Part shown: positions 31,501-40,997 of the stretch, piece by piece | Position numbering within the stretch: the stretch's first letter is position 1 | Layout: each line of letters starts with the position of its first letter | Source: Chitinophagales bacterium | GTDB lineage: Bacteria; Bacteroidota; Bacteroidia; Chitinophagales; LD1 | DNA length: 64,000 nt | Direction of reading: 5' to 3' | NCBI GenBank assembly: GCA_026129525.1 | Contig: JAHCHW010000006.1 | Location: 64,705-128,704 of the forward strand | The notes under the pieces: generated by a model | The model's database searches: none | Told to the model about the DNA's origin: nothing | Seen by the model: the letters and a program-made list of their open reading frames with translations, nothing else | Made by a program: the position numbers and the translations under genes

Positions 31501-32370
31501 CTAAAAATTATACTCTGAAAACTTTTCAGAGAACTCATCGGCTCCAAACGAAGGGTTAACCGACACATTGTAAAACTCGTAACGCTCAAACACTCCCTTA
31601 TCGTCATGCATTTCCTGATAAATAGGCAGGTAGGTCTGTTTGTCAATATACATAATGGTTTTCTTGGCGTAAGAGGTAGGTACTTTCAGCGTTCTTCCTC
31701 CCAAATCTTCTTCAAAATTTTTTACTCCGTTCAACTCTACCATACAATACTCCGGTATCAGTAATTTTTGAGCAATGGTGTACATATTTTCGCCAGGTTT
31801 TGCTTTGTAGGTTGTGTAAGTCCATGTTGGGTCTTCTATCAGCATTTTGTAACAATCTTTTCCATCCCATTTTACATCGCCTTCGTACTTAAACACCTCA
31901 TCAAATTTTCCTTGCGATTCGGCTTTGGCAATGCCTGCCTCCGCAACTTTTGCCGTAAACAAAAATCCGGCTGAAAGAATGGTATGGTGCTGGTCTTTGG
32001 TTAGTAGCGTACTAAATGGATTCAGTTTAACGGTGGGAAGAAACTTGCCCGGATTCACCAATGCCTTATCGTTCCGCTCGCCTTTTACATACAATACTTC
32101 AGTGCCTTTGTTGGGGTCGGTTATCATCTTCAAATACACTTTGTGCGAGTTGTAGCTAATCTTGGTATAAATATCTCCGCCTCTCAGGTTTTTCATTCCC
32201 ACAATACGCTCCAAACCGCGCATAGTGTATACAATGGTTTTAATTCCGTTAACCGAAGAAATCATTTTGGTAAGAATCCGCTTTGCCTCGTTTTCAGGTT
32301 TTGCCATAAACGAAAAATTAGTGAGAGCAACAATAAAAACTATCGAAGTAAACAGCAGCGTTTTTTTCAT
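31501..32370 (-). CDS. hypothetical secreted protein (LolA-like/DUF1571-like guess) with a LysM-like insert
   Basis: Signal peptide. The segment GENMYTIAQKLLIPEYCMVELNGVKNFEEDLGGRTLKVP resembles LysM. The family assignment is tentative. Confidence 0.5.
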   Translation of the reverse strand: MKKTLLFTSIVFIVALTNFSFMAKPENEAKRILTKMISSVNGIKTIVYTMRGLERIVGMKNLRGGDIYTKISYNSHKVYLKMITDPNKGTEVLYVKGERNDKALVNPGKFLPTVKLNPFSTLLTKDQHHTILSAGFLFTAKVAEAGIAKAESQGKFDEVFKYEGDVKWDGKDCYKMLIEDPTWTYTTYKAKPGENMYTIAQKLLIPEYCMVELNGVKNFEEDLGGRTLKVPTSYAKKTIMYIDKQTYLPIYQEMHDDKGVFERYEFYNVSVNPSFGADEFSEKFSEYNF

Positions 32371-32412
32371 GACTTTTGTTTGGGTGAAAAGTATAAATCA
32401 AACTTCATACCA

Positions 32413-32880
32413 TTAAAGGCTTATGCCAAGTTTTCGGTAAACAAAACTCATTAACCAGGCGGGGCCGATCATCAGGTATTGAAGGTCTTTCAAAAACGAT
32501 GGTTTTTTGCCTTCCACATTATGCCCGTAAAACTGCCCAACCCATGCCAGAACAAATATGGAAGCACACACTATCCACAAGGTCAAACCGGCAGTTTCTA
32601 TAACGTAACATCCTGCCGCACAAACCAATGAAAACAGTAACATGCCCAAGGCAAGCGTTTTCGACAGCAGAAAATAATAAACAGTAACCGCTACTAACAT
32701 CAGTAGTGCCAAATTCAAGGGTAGTCCTGCAGCTATTTCAACCGGAAGTTTAATGCTGTAAAAGAAGCCCACAATACTGAAAAAAATGAGCGGTACGCAA
32801 ATCCAGTGTATCAGTTTATTTGTTGGATTTTGGTGGCTTACTCCGTATTCTTCCAACCACGTTTCAATACTCTTCATCAA
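32413..32880 (-). CDS. Mpo1-like (DUF962) membrane protein
   Basis: HQNPTNKLIHWICVPLIFF and GHNVEGKKPSFLKDL motifs, typical of DUF962/YGL010w. Confidence 0.7.
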   Translation of the reverse strand: MMKSIETWLEEYGVSHQNPTNKLIHWICVPLIFFSIVGFFYSIKLPVEIAAGLPLNLALLMLVAVTVYYFLLSKTLALGMLLFSLVCAAGCYVIETAGLTLWIVCASIFVLAWVGQFYGHNVEGKKPSFLKDLQYLMIGPAWLMSFVYRKLGISL

Positions 32881-32923
32881 AAAAAATTAGGGCGCAAAAA
32901 TAACCCTATACAGTAAACCGAAA

Positions 32924-32952
32924 CAAAAAAAGCCCTGCCAACATAGGCAGGG
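32924..32952 (-). terminator. intrinsic terminator downstream of the 32977-33816 gene
   Basis: Perfect 8-bp stem GCCCTGCC/GGCAGGGC (32931-32938 with 32945-32952), followed on the minus strand by a run of 7 T. Confidence 0.8.
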
Positions 32953-32976
32953 CTTTAACTGACAACAAACAAAATT

Positions 32977-33816
32977 TTAATCGGCAATAGAAAAACGCTT
33001 GGTAACTACATTTTTACCATCGCTTACATTCAGAAAATACAAACCCGCAGGTAATCCGTTACGGTCAATAATTGCAGTGTTGTACCCTTGTTTCACTTCC
33101 ATTTCCGAAACAATTACCTCTTTTCCGGTAACATCGGTTACACGCAAAGTAAAGTTGCCCTGCTTTTCGGCATAAAACGAAACTGTTGCTTGAGAATTCA
33201 TTGGGCTGGGCATAATCTTAAACTCCGAAATACTGCCGGCTAACTCGTTAATACCAACCGGGCAACTTGCCGATGCTGTAAGGTTATTGGCATTTGCTGA
33301 AGTATCAACATTGGGGCAAAGAACCGGTGCACCACTTTTTACACGTATATACAAGGCTATACCTGTTTGGTCAACTAGCGAAGGGGGAACGGTTATACCA
33401 ACCGGATTACCATTAATCCACGCTTTCAGCGAAAGAGCAAACTTGTATTGCCCCACCGGGTCGTTGGTAGTTCCGCTAATGGTTAAGCAGCCGTCCTCAT
33501 CGGCTACATAGCGCTTGTTTGCTTTGTTCACCGCCCAACATAAACCGCAAGGCAGGTTACCAATACTTACGAACTCAATACTATCCACCTGCTGTTGCCC
33601 CTGAAAATTAAATTGCGAAAACATGGTAAACTGTGTGGTGTAAGTGTAAGGGGTGCCCTGTATCGCACAAACAATAGTATTTGGATCCTGAAAACCGCCT
33701 GAAGCAGGTCCACCGGTGGGCGTACAAACCGAAGGTCCATCGCCACCGCAAGGCTGTGCATTGATTAACGCAAAAAGTGATGAAACAGAAAAGAGCGTAA
33801 AAAATAACTTCTTCAT
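32977..33816 (-). CDS. Cys-rich T9SS (type-A tail) secreted protein, paralog 1
   Basis: Signal peptide. The mature N-terminus is QPCGGDGPSVCTPTGG. Contains an LPCGLCWAVNK motif. C-terminal Por_Secre_tail (GLYFLNVSDGKNVVTKRFSIAD). Confidence 0.8.
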   Translation of the reverse strand: MKKLFFTLFSVSSLFALINAQPCGGDGPSVCTPTGGPASGGFQDPNTIVCAIQGTPYTYTTQFTMFSQFNFQGQQQVDSIEFVSIGNLPCGLCWAVNKANKRYVADEDGCLTISGTTNDPVGQYKFALSLKAWINGNPVGITVPPSLVDQTGIALYIRVKSGAPVLCPNVDTSANANNLTASASCPVGINELAGSISEFKIMPSPMNSQATVSFYAEKQGNFTLRVTDVTGKEVIVSEMEVKQGYNTAIIDRNGLPAGLYFLNVSDGKNVVTKRFSIAD

Positions 33817-33864
33817 ATAAATTGTTTAGGGTTAGTAATAGCGAATGTTTCGCAGATGTAAAAC

Positions 33865-33898
33865 AAAAAAGTCTCCCCGAACACGGGAAGACTTTTTT
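33865..33898 (-). terminator. intrinsic (bidirectional-looking) terminator downstream of the 33919-34761 gene
   Basis: AAAAAA-GTCTCCCCG-AACA-CGGGAAGAC-TTTTTT. The stem is 9 bp with one mismatch and has A and T runs on either side. Confidence 0.75.
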
Positions 33899-33918
33899 GC
33901 TAAAGTTTTCAACAGAAA

Positions 33919-34761
33919 TTATTCTGAAATAACAATACGCTTGGTAGCTACATTTTTACCATCGGTTACAGAGTAAAAATAAACACCGGCAGGTAAATTA
34001 TTTCTTTCGATTGACGATGTGTTATCACCCGCTCTTACATCTAACTTACGGGTATAAACCTCCGAACCCAACATGTTGGTTACTCTTTCGGTCATTACGC
34101 CCGACTTAGCAGAGTAGAAAGAAACTACCGCTTTGTTGTTAAATGGATTTGGAACAACATTCAAAGTAGAAATAGTTAACTCATTATCAAGAATACCAAC
34201 ACTGCAACCTGTAGCAGAAGCACTGTAACCGGCAGGTTTAGCAAATGCAGCTGTTTGATTAGTATCAACAGCAACTTCAGCATCACCGCTGTTAATTACA
34301 CGAACAAAATATTTCAAACCTGCTGCATCGGCATCTGTTTGAATTGGCACACCAATGTCGGCTGTTACAATAATTTTCAGTTTGTACTGGCCGGGATTAT
34401 CGCACACAGTTCCGCTAATTTTAATACAACCATCTTCCTGATTAGCCCAAGTATTGCTTGCTTTATTCGTAGCCCAGCACAAACCGGCAGGAAGGTTACG
34501 CAATGTGTCAACACGTAACGATGAAACGGTAACTGTTTGTCCACCGAAGTTAAACGTATCGAAGTTTTTGAATTGAATAACTGTGTTCGGTTGGGTGCCG
34601 TTTACTACTGAAGGAAGACTATCAGAAGTAGGTGATAATCCGGGTTGAGTTAACGTTCCTGATGGCGTACAAATTGAAGGTCCGGAATTACCGCAGTACT
34701 GTGCGTTTACACTTACAAACAGCATTGTGGCAGAGAAGAGTGTAAAAATTACTTTTTTCAT
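33919..34761 (-). CDS. Cys-rich T9SS (type-A tail) secreted protein, paralog 2
   Basis: Same architecture as 32977-33816: QYCGNSGPSICTPSG, LPAGLCWATNK, and the tail GVYFYSVTDGKNVATKRIVISE. Confidence 0.8.
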   Translation of the reverse strand: MKKVIFTLFSATMLFVSVNAQYCGNSGPSICTPSGTLTQPGLSPTSDSLPSVVNGTQPNTVIQFKNFDTFNFGGQTVTVSSLRVDTLRNLPAGLCWATNKASNTWANQEDGCIKISGTVCDNPGQYKLKIIVTADIGVPIQTDADAAGLKYFVRVINSGDAEVAVDTNQTAAFAKPAGYSASATGCSVGILDNELTISTLNVVPNPFNNKAVVSFYSAKSGVMTERVTNMLGSEVYTRKLDVRAGDNTSSIERNNLPAGVYFYSVTDGKNVATKRIVISE

Positions 34762-34863
34762 GTGTCTATGATTTGGTTTTAGTTATTCAATGCTACAAAA
34801 ATAAAGTTTGAATTCAGACAAGGGCTGAATTTATTAACATATTTTTCTTGGATGCTGAACGCT

Positions 34864-36756
34864 TTACTGAACAGCTATCCGCTTGTTAAAGCGTTGGCCT
34901 TTAGCTTCAACCGTAAGGATATACATACCTTTTTCTAAACCGAATAGGTCAACCTCATTGCTGTAATCGCCCAACAGGTTTTCTATTTTATTGGTATAAA
35001 CATCCTGTCCTAGCATATTGGCGATGCTCATGTTTACATCGCTAGTAGTAGTAACAAACAACTGCACGGTAAACTTACCGGAGTTAGGATTCGGGAACAC
35101 ATTCACTGCTTCCACTGCATTTACTGCTAAATCATTTACCGATGAAACCTGCAAGTCGAACTGGTTGGCAGCGCGTTTACAGCCGGGGTAGTTTACATTA
35201 TATACATAAGCATCGTACAAACCGTTTCCTAAGTTAGGCAAGAATTTGCCTGTTTCTCCCACTACCAAATTTCCGTTATAATACCACTCTACCGCAAAGC
35301 CCGATGAAGGGAACGGACTAACAAACAGTTGCGTTCCGTTAAAGATGATGTTAACGTTTGCAGGGGCTGACTGACCAACGGCTACAGCTACCGGTGCCGA
35401 CCATTCTTCGCAGCCTGTTTCAGCATTGGTAATCTTTATGGTATAGTGTCCGGGAAGTTTGGCATGCAATACCGAATCAGCATTCAGAATTTCAATAGTG
35501 TCGTTCAAATACCAGTTAACTAAATATCCATCTAACGAAACCGAAACCGAAATGGCTGTAGAATCGCCTGTGCAAATCGAATCCTGAGAAACACTCAACA
35601 CCGGAACCGGAGGATGTGGATGAACGATAATATCAATAACTTCCGTTACCGATGAAGTAGCAACGGTATCAAACAAAACTGAAACCCAAGAATTATTCAT
35701 GGCTGAATACACCTGATTTGGAGTGGATGGGTAGATGTTGTGTGTATTGATTAAATCATCTTGAGAACCTAGCGGATTACTTCCCTGCGGAGGACCTGTA
35801 TCTTCATCCCAAACCTGAATTTCGAGTGCATTTGCACAATTCGCATCGGGTATCACTAAATTTAGGTTGTTAAAGGTAGCTGTGTTTACATCTGAACTCG
35901 CACCACGGTTACTAAATCCTAAAGAGTTAATTCTGATATACGGGTCGGGTTTTTGCAATGATGTCAGTTCCTCAATATCACCGGTATAACCACCCGAAAC
36001 ATTTACAGTTACCGATTTAACACGATAAGTATAATAGGTAGTAGTTAAGGTTAAAGGAAAAGTATCGGGTGTGTTGTACTTTACCACGCCCGGATTTTTG
36101 ATCTTAGTAGTTTGTCCGTTGCCATAACTCCAATCGTAGCTGATTAAATTAGGGCAATTAGGATTAGTTAGTGAAGCCGATAAATTAACTGAGATAGAAT
36201 CGCAGGCTTTGGTTACACAAGGTCCCAACGAAAAAGTATTGGGGCATTCCGAAACACCGGGGAAAATTACCAGTGTATCGCGATACTGTTGCGGTTGGTC
36301 GTTTGCTTGTACCGAGCCTATCGGAGTTCCGTTGGCTGTAACATCGGCTAACAGGTTTACAATAATATAGTAGGTGCCTGGGGCAACCGGTGTTCCGCAG
36401 AAACGAACACAACCGAGAGAATCGCCATTTTGCACATTATAGCTTCCGTTTTGGCTCATGGTATAGCTTAATCCCGGAGGCAAACCCTGAATACCCACAA
36501 TATCAATTTGACGCAAGTCAACCGAAGAGCAGCCACCGCACTGAGAAAGTGTAGTGGGGTCAGTCAACTTTTTAGGCATAAAAAAGGAAATTACCTCATC
36601 GTAATACTGCCCTGCTGTATCATCCGGCAAATTGTTACAAAGCCCGCCTGTTGGTTTTTGGGCGGAGCAACTAACAGGAGTACACATGGCACACTGCGCT
36701 GTTGTGTATTGATATCCAAAGGCAATTGCCAAAATGGCGAGTAAAATTTGTTTCAT
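34864..36756 (-). CDS. large Cys-rich T9SS (type-A tail) secreted protein with a PKD-like segment
   Basis: Start moved to the ATG at 36756 (MKQILLAILAIAFGYQYTTAQ). Mature N-terminus QCAMCTPVSCSAQKPTGGLC, an LPPGLSY motif, a PKD-like YDWSYGNGQT, and the tail VFPNPNSGKFTV...GMYILTVEAKGQRFNKRIAVQ. Confidence 0.8.
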   Translation of the reverse strand: MKQILLAILAIAFGYQYTTAQCAMCTPVSCSAQKPTGGLCNNLPDDTAGQYYDEVISFFMPKKLTDPTTLSQCGGCSSVDLRQIDIVGIQGLPPGLSYTMSQNGSYNVQNGDSLGCVRFCGTPVAPGTYYIIVNLLADVTANGTPIGSVQANDQPQQYRDTLVIFPGVSECPNTFSLGPCVTKACDSISVNLSASLTNPNCPNLISYDWSYGNGQTTKIKNPGVVKYNTPDTFPLTLTTTYYTYRVKSVTVNVSGGYTGDIEELTSLQKPDPYIRINSLGFSNRGASSDVNTATFNNLNLVIPDANCANALEIQVWDEDTGPPQGSNPLGSQDDLINTHNIYPSTPNQVYSAMNNSWVSVLFDTVATSSVTEVIDIIVHPHPPVPVLSVSQDSICTGDSTAISVSVSLDGYLVNWYLNDTIEILNADSVLHAKLPGHYTIKITNAETGCEEWSAPVAVAVGQSAPANVNIIFNGTQLFVSPFPSSGFAVEWYYNGNLVVGETGKFLPNLGNGLYDAYVYNVNYPGCKRAANQFDLQVSSVNDLAVNAVEAVNVFPNPNSGKFTVQLFVTTTSDVNMSIANMLGQDVYTNKIENLLGDYSNEVDLFGLEKGMYILTVEAKGQRFNKRIAVQ

Positions 36757-36867
36757 TGTGCTTATGTGTGTTTGTTCTGTATTAGTAATGAATTTAGCAT
36801 TTGCCGTTGCACCATGCAAATGCGCGGCAATAAAATGACATTTCCCTGACAATTCAAAAACTGCGAT

Positions 36868-36896
36868 TTTGCCGTTTGCAAAAAAATCTATTTTTG
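36868..36896 (+). promoter_or_regulatory. candidate Bacteroidota sigma-A promoter of the TonB-dependent receptor
   Basis: TTTG at 36868-36871 and TATTTTTG at 36889-36896 (matching TAnnTTTG), with a 17-nt spacer, 24 nt upstream of the ATG at 36920. Confidence 0.5.
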
Positions 36897-36919
36897 TCCG
36901 CACTCATAAAATTCTTCGA

Positions 36920-39481
36920 ATGAAGCAATATCTACTCCTTGCGGTTGCGTTTACCGCCATCTTCACAACAGCGTATGCTCAAAATTCCAAAATAACCGGT
37001 AAGGTAACTGAGGAAAGCGGTGAAGGACTTATATCCGCCAATGTGGTAATTGACGCATCCAAAGGTTGGGCAGCCGTTACTGATTTTGACGGTAATTACG
37101 ATATAAAACTTCCGGGCGGCACTTATACTGTCACTTTCCGCTATGTTGGCAAAGAAGAGCAATCGCTAAAAGTTACCGTTGCCGAAGGCGAAACCAAAAC
37201 ACTGAATGTAGTGCTCAAAGAAAAACAGCAACTGATTGATGTGGTGGTGGTTACCGGTACTAAGTATGAGCAGAAGTTGGGCGAACAAACCGTTTCAATG
37301 GATGTAATTAAAGGAACCTCACTCACCAGCCAGAATATTACCGATATGAGCCAGGGAATGAGCCGCGTGCCAGGAGTTACTATTGCCGATGGGCAGGTAA
37401 ACATACGTGGTGGTGCGGGCTGGAGCTACGGTGCCGGTAGCCGTGTACAGGTTTTGATTGATGATCTTCCTCTGCTTACTGCCGATGCTGCCGATGCCAA
37501 GTGGACTATTATTCCTATGGAAAATGTTGACCAGTTGGAAGTAATTAAAGGAGCCGCTTCTGCCTTGTATGGCAGCGGTGCTTTAAATGGTATTGTAAAT
37601 ATTCGCACAGCCTACCCGGTTAACGAGCCTTACACCAAAGTAACTGTTTATACAGGTATTATTGAGCGCCCTACAAAACATCCTAAAATGGCTTACTGGG
37701 GCAGCAACGCACCGTTGGGCGGAGGGGTAAACTTTGCTCATCGCCAAAAATTCGGGCAGCACGATTTAGTGTTTGGCGGTGCTTACGATGCAGGCAACAG
37801 CCATCTCGACTCGGCCGATGGGCACTCAGTTCGCGGAACCGTTAAATACCGCTACCGCTTTAAAAAAGTAGAAGGGCTTAACATGGGAGTAAATGTAAGC
37901 GCCTACCACAGTTGGGGTAAAACTTTCTTCTTCTGGAAAGGGTACGGAAACGTTGATATAGGCGGAGGTAATATTGTAAACTACGATTCACTGGCTTACA
38001 AACCTTTCGGCAATACTATTACACAATACAAATCGTATCGCTTTACCGTTGACCCCTTTGTTGATTACTACGACAAAAAAGGAAACCATTTTAAAGTGCT
38101 AACACGTTTCTTTAATGCTACTAATACCAATAACACCGGCCAAGGCTCTGTGCCAAATTTATATTACGGGGAGTTTCAGTACCACCGCAAATTTGAGTTC
38201 AATAAGTTCGATTTCAATTTTGTAGCCGGAACGGTAGCAACTTATAATGATGTAAATCCTCCCAAAAATGCTTCTAACAGCTTGTTCGGCAAAAACACCA
38301 TGTTTAATTATTCTGCTTACGCCCAAACCGATTTCAAATTCTTTAAAAAGTTGAACATATCGTTGGGTGCCCGTTGGGAATACTTTAACATGGCTCACTA
38401 CGTTAAAGACAGCACCATTACATCCACAGATACCATCCGCTTCAACCGCGTTGAAAAACAAAACTCACTTAAAGACCTCCCTTATCCTCTGTTCCGTGTG
38501 GGCATCAACTATCAGGCTGCCGAGGCTACGTATCTGCGTGCTTCGTTTGGACAGGGTTTCCGCTATCCTACTATTGCCGAGCGCTACATAAGTACGGTGG
38601 TTGGACCTTTGGTAATTGCATCGAACCCCAACCTAAAACCCGAAAAAGGCTACAGTGCCGAATTCGGAATAAAGCAAGGATTTAAACTGGGCAAAAACTG
38701 GATGGGATTTGCCGATGCATCTTTCTTTTGGAACCAGTACGACAACATGATGGAGTTCACCTTTGGTCAGTTTGGTCCGCAAAGCAGTTGGATTGATTTG
38801 AACCGCAATTTTGGGTTCGGATTCTCATCACAAAACGTTGGTAAAACAAGAATATTAGGAACAGAAATAGTACTGGCAGGGCAGGGCAAACTTGGACCCT
38901 TAGATATTCAAATCCTTACCGGCTACAACTTTATTGACCCACGTTCTTTAAACTGGAACGATACCCTTTCGCTTTATAACTACGAAGGCATTAAGCTAGA
39001 AAACAAAGGAAGTGCCCTGGCTGCATACAACCAACCTAATGGCGATTCTACCTTGGGCATTAACTATGCTATGACTTCCACTTCTGCTTCCAATCTGTTG
39101 AAATACCGCAACCGCCATACTTTTAAGTTCGACCTCACCATGAACTACAAAGGCTTGGAGTGGAACACCAACATGCAGTATGCCAGCTACATGGAAAACA
39201 TTGATTATGCGTTTGTTAGCGGTCTGTTCCAACTGTTGGGTAAATCGGCATTTGGCGGGTTAGATTACTATCGCAAGCAAAAAGAAGCTACCCCCATTGG
39301 CAGAGGACGTGGCGATATTGTTTGGAATATGCACTTAGCTTATAATTTTAAGGAAGGTGTTCGTGTGGCATTTTTAGTTAAAAATCTGCTTAATTGGGAG
39401 TACACCCCGCGCCCGGCTTATATGGAAGCACCCCGCAACTACCAAATACAGTTAAGCTATACTTTGCAGAACAAAAAATAA
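36920..39481 (+). CDS. TonB-dependent receptor with an N-terminal CarboxypepD_reg domain
   Basis: Signal peptide MKQYLLLAVAFTAIFTTAYAQ. Carboxypeptidase-regulatory-like domain (KITGKVTEESGEGLISANVVID...DGNYDIKLPGGTYTVTF). Plug motifs (VPGVTIADGQVNIRGG, LIDDLPL). C-terminal barrel. Confidence 0.9.
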   Translation: MKQYLLLAVAFTAIFTTAYAQNSKITGKVTEESGEGLISANVVIDASKGWAAVTDFDGNYDIKLPGGTYTVTFRYVGKEEQSLKVTVAEGETKTLNVVLKEKQQLIDVVVVTGTKYEQKLGEQTVSMDVIKGTSLTSQNITDMSQGMSRVPGVTIADGQVNIRGGAGWSYGAGSRVQVLIDDLPLLTADAADAKWTIIPMENVDQLEVIKGAASALYGSGALNGIVNIRTAYPVNEPYTKVTVYTGIIERPTKHPKMAYWGSNAPLGGGVNFAHRQKFGQHDLVFGGAYDAGNSHLDSADGHSVRGTVKYRYRFKKVEGLNMGVNVSAYHSWGKTFFFWKGYGNVDIGGGNIVNYDSLAYKPFGNTITQYKSYRFTVDPFVDYYDKKGNHFKVLTRFFNATNTNNTGQGSVPNLYYGEFQYHRKFEFNKFDFNFVAGTVATYNDVNPPKNASNSLFGKNTMFNYSAYAQTDFKFFKKLNISLGARWEYFNMAHYVKDSTITSTDTIRFNRVEKQNSLKDLPYPLFRVGINYQAAEATYLRASFGQGFRYPTIAERYISTVVGPLVIASNPNLKPEKGYSAEFGIKQGFKLGKNWMGFADASFFWNQYDNMMEFTFGQFGPQSSWIDLNRNFGFGFSSQNVGKTRILGTEIVLAGQGKLGPLDIQILTGYNFIDPRSLNWNDTLSLYNYEGIKLENKGSALAAYNQPNGDSTLGINYAMTSTSASNLLKYRNRHTFKFDLTMNYKGLEWNTNMQYASYMENIDYAFVSGLFQLLGKSAFGGLDYYRKQKEATPIGRGRGDIVWNMHLAYNFKEGVRVAFLVKNLLNWEYTPRPAYMEAPRNYQIQLSYTLQNKK

Positions 39482-39517
39482 ATTTGGAGAAAAGAAAAAT
39501 ACTTATTTATATTTGTG

Positions 39518-39580
39518 GTGAGAGCAGCCTTGCTCTCACATTACAAGGGGCAGTTTCGGGGGGAGCTGCCCCGATTTTTT
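39518..39580 (+). terminator. tandem hairpins between convergent genes; the second is a canonical intrinsic terminator
   Basis: Hairpin 1 is GTGAGAGCA/TGCTCTCAC (39518-39539). Hairpin 2 is GGGGCAG...CTGCCCC (39547-39572), followed by GATTTTTT. Confidence 0.75.
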
Positions 39581-39588
39581 CCCCGACT

Positions 39589-40089
39589 CTAAACACTTTC
39601 AATTTTGTTGATTTTACACAACCAGCTTAAATGCCCTGTATGCATAGCTTCGTGCCGAATGGCATGTTGAATTAGTATGCGATTAGTGTTTATACCGCCA
39701 AAGGCAAAATTGTGCGGGTTTGGTTCATTTAGCTTTTCATCACTCAATCCTAACAAATGCTCAGTGGCCTGGATGTGCACTTCTTTCAAGGTATCAAGTA
39801 TCATTTTCATTTCGGGCTGTGGAGTATGTAAAGAACCATCGCAACCCAGTTGATAATGATTGAGCCAGTCGGCTTTAACAGGTGCGCCACCGGTACCGGA
39901 AAGAATCAGAAAATTTTCCGCCCAGGTAATATGAGCCGCCAGCCATGCCACACTATTTATCTCAACACCATTTACTTCCCATTTTTTGTAAGGATCAACT
40001 TGCTTGAGCAAACTCAAATACCATTTAGTAAGGTCGCGCACTTTTTGAAAAGTATCGGCTAAGAGGATGGCTTGGGAAGAGTATATCAT
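39589..40089 (-). CDS. DinB-family (DinB_2) metal-dependent protein
   Basis: 166 aa with His triad contexts (AAHITWAENF, IRHEAMHTGHL). Confidence 0.75.
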   Translation of the reverse strand: MIYSSQAILLADTFQKVRDLTKWYLSLLKQVDPYKKWEVNGVEINSVAWLAAHITWAENFLILSGTGGAPVKADWLNHYQLGCDGSLHTPQPEMKMILDTLKEVHIQATEHLLGLSDEKLNEPNPHNFAFGGINTNRILIQHAIRHEAMHTGHLSWLCKINKIESV

Positions 40090-40176
40090 GGCAAGAGAAT
40101 GGTTGATTTTATTTTGATTAAAACGAACTTACGCAAATTAAAAGAGGCTGCCTTTCTGCGACAACCTCCTTGCTTT

Positions 40177-40836
40177 CTATCTTCTTTTCTTAAAGTTTTT
40201 GTGCTTACCACCACCGCCTCCATGCCTGTGCTTACCACCGCCACCACCTTTGCGGTTGTTTTGGTTGTCCTGACGTTCTTTTTGTTTGTTGGCGCGGGCA
40301 AGTGAACCGAGGTCTTCGTTTTCCGAAACCTGCAACTCGCCTTTTGAAAGCAAGCGAACATCGTTCTTAATGATTTCGTCATTCACATTTTCTTTACTCC
40401 AGTTTTGGTAAACAAGTTTCATAAAGTTACCTATTACAGCAGTAAACGCCTCTTTCTTTTCGGGGTCTTTGGTGGCAATAGCTTTGGTTACCAGTGCTTC
40501 TACATTTTTGCCGTAGTGTTTAAAGCGTATGCGTGATTGCGGATAAGGAAGTTTTTCGGGTTTCTTTTCAATCTCCTCGCGCTTTTTAATGGGATAGGGT
40601 GAGTCAACATCCAGTTTATAGTCGCTCATAATAAAGAGGTGATCCCACAACTTGTGCTTGAAATCTTCCACATTGCGTAAATGTGGGTTTAGTTGCCCCA
40701 TAAGTTCAATAATTTCTTTGGCAAACTGGTTGCGCTTATCGCGATCTTTTTCTTTCATGCAGTTTTCGACTATTAACTGCACATGCCTGCCATACTCTTT
40801 TAGCACTAACTTATTTCTCGATGAATTGTAATCCAT
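40177..40836 (-). CDS. DUF4290-domain protein with a Gly/His/Lys-rich tail
   Basis: MDYNSSRNKLVLKEYGRHVQLIV...MGQLNPHLRNVEDFKHKLWDHLFIMS matches the DUF4290 pattern. The C-terminus is GGGGGKHRHGGGGGKHKNFKKRR. Confidence 0.75.
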   Translation of the reverse strand: MDYNSSRNKLVLKEYGRHVQLIVENCMKEKDRDKRNQFAKEIIELMGQLNPHLRNVEDFKHKLWDHLFIMSDYKLDVDSPYPIKKREEIEKKPEKLPYPQSRIRFKHYGKNVEALVTKAIATKDPEKKEAFTAVIGNFMKLVYQNWSKENVNDEIIKNDVRLLSKGELQVSENEDLGSLARANKQKERQDNQNNRKGGGGGKHRHGGGGGKHKNFKKRR

Positions 40837-40997
40837 ATCAATGGTTTAAATAAAAAAAAACGTTGTAAAAAAATCTGAAAGTTGAAGGCTTGTTAGAAGA
40901 TTTGAAAAGCAAGTTAACAGCGTAGGATGGTTAATGCCTTTAAATCAAACTGCCTGATTGATGCGCCAAAGGTGGAAATAAATTCCGGAATGGCAAA

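Noticed and set aside
36781-36800. A Fur-box-like AT-rich stretch (TAGTAATGAATTTAGCATT) upstream of the TonB-dependent receptor.
   Set aside because: It matches the 19-bp Fur consensus only loosely and needs an indel, so it is not strong enough to call.
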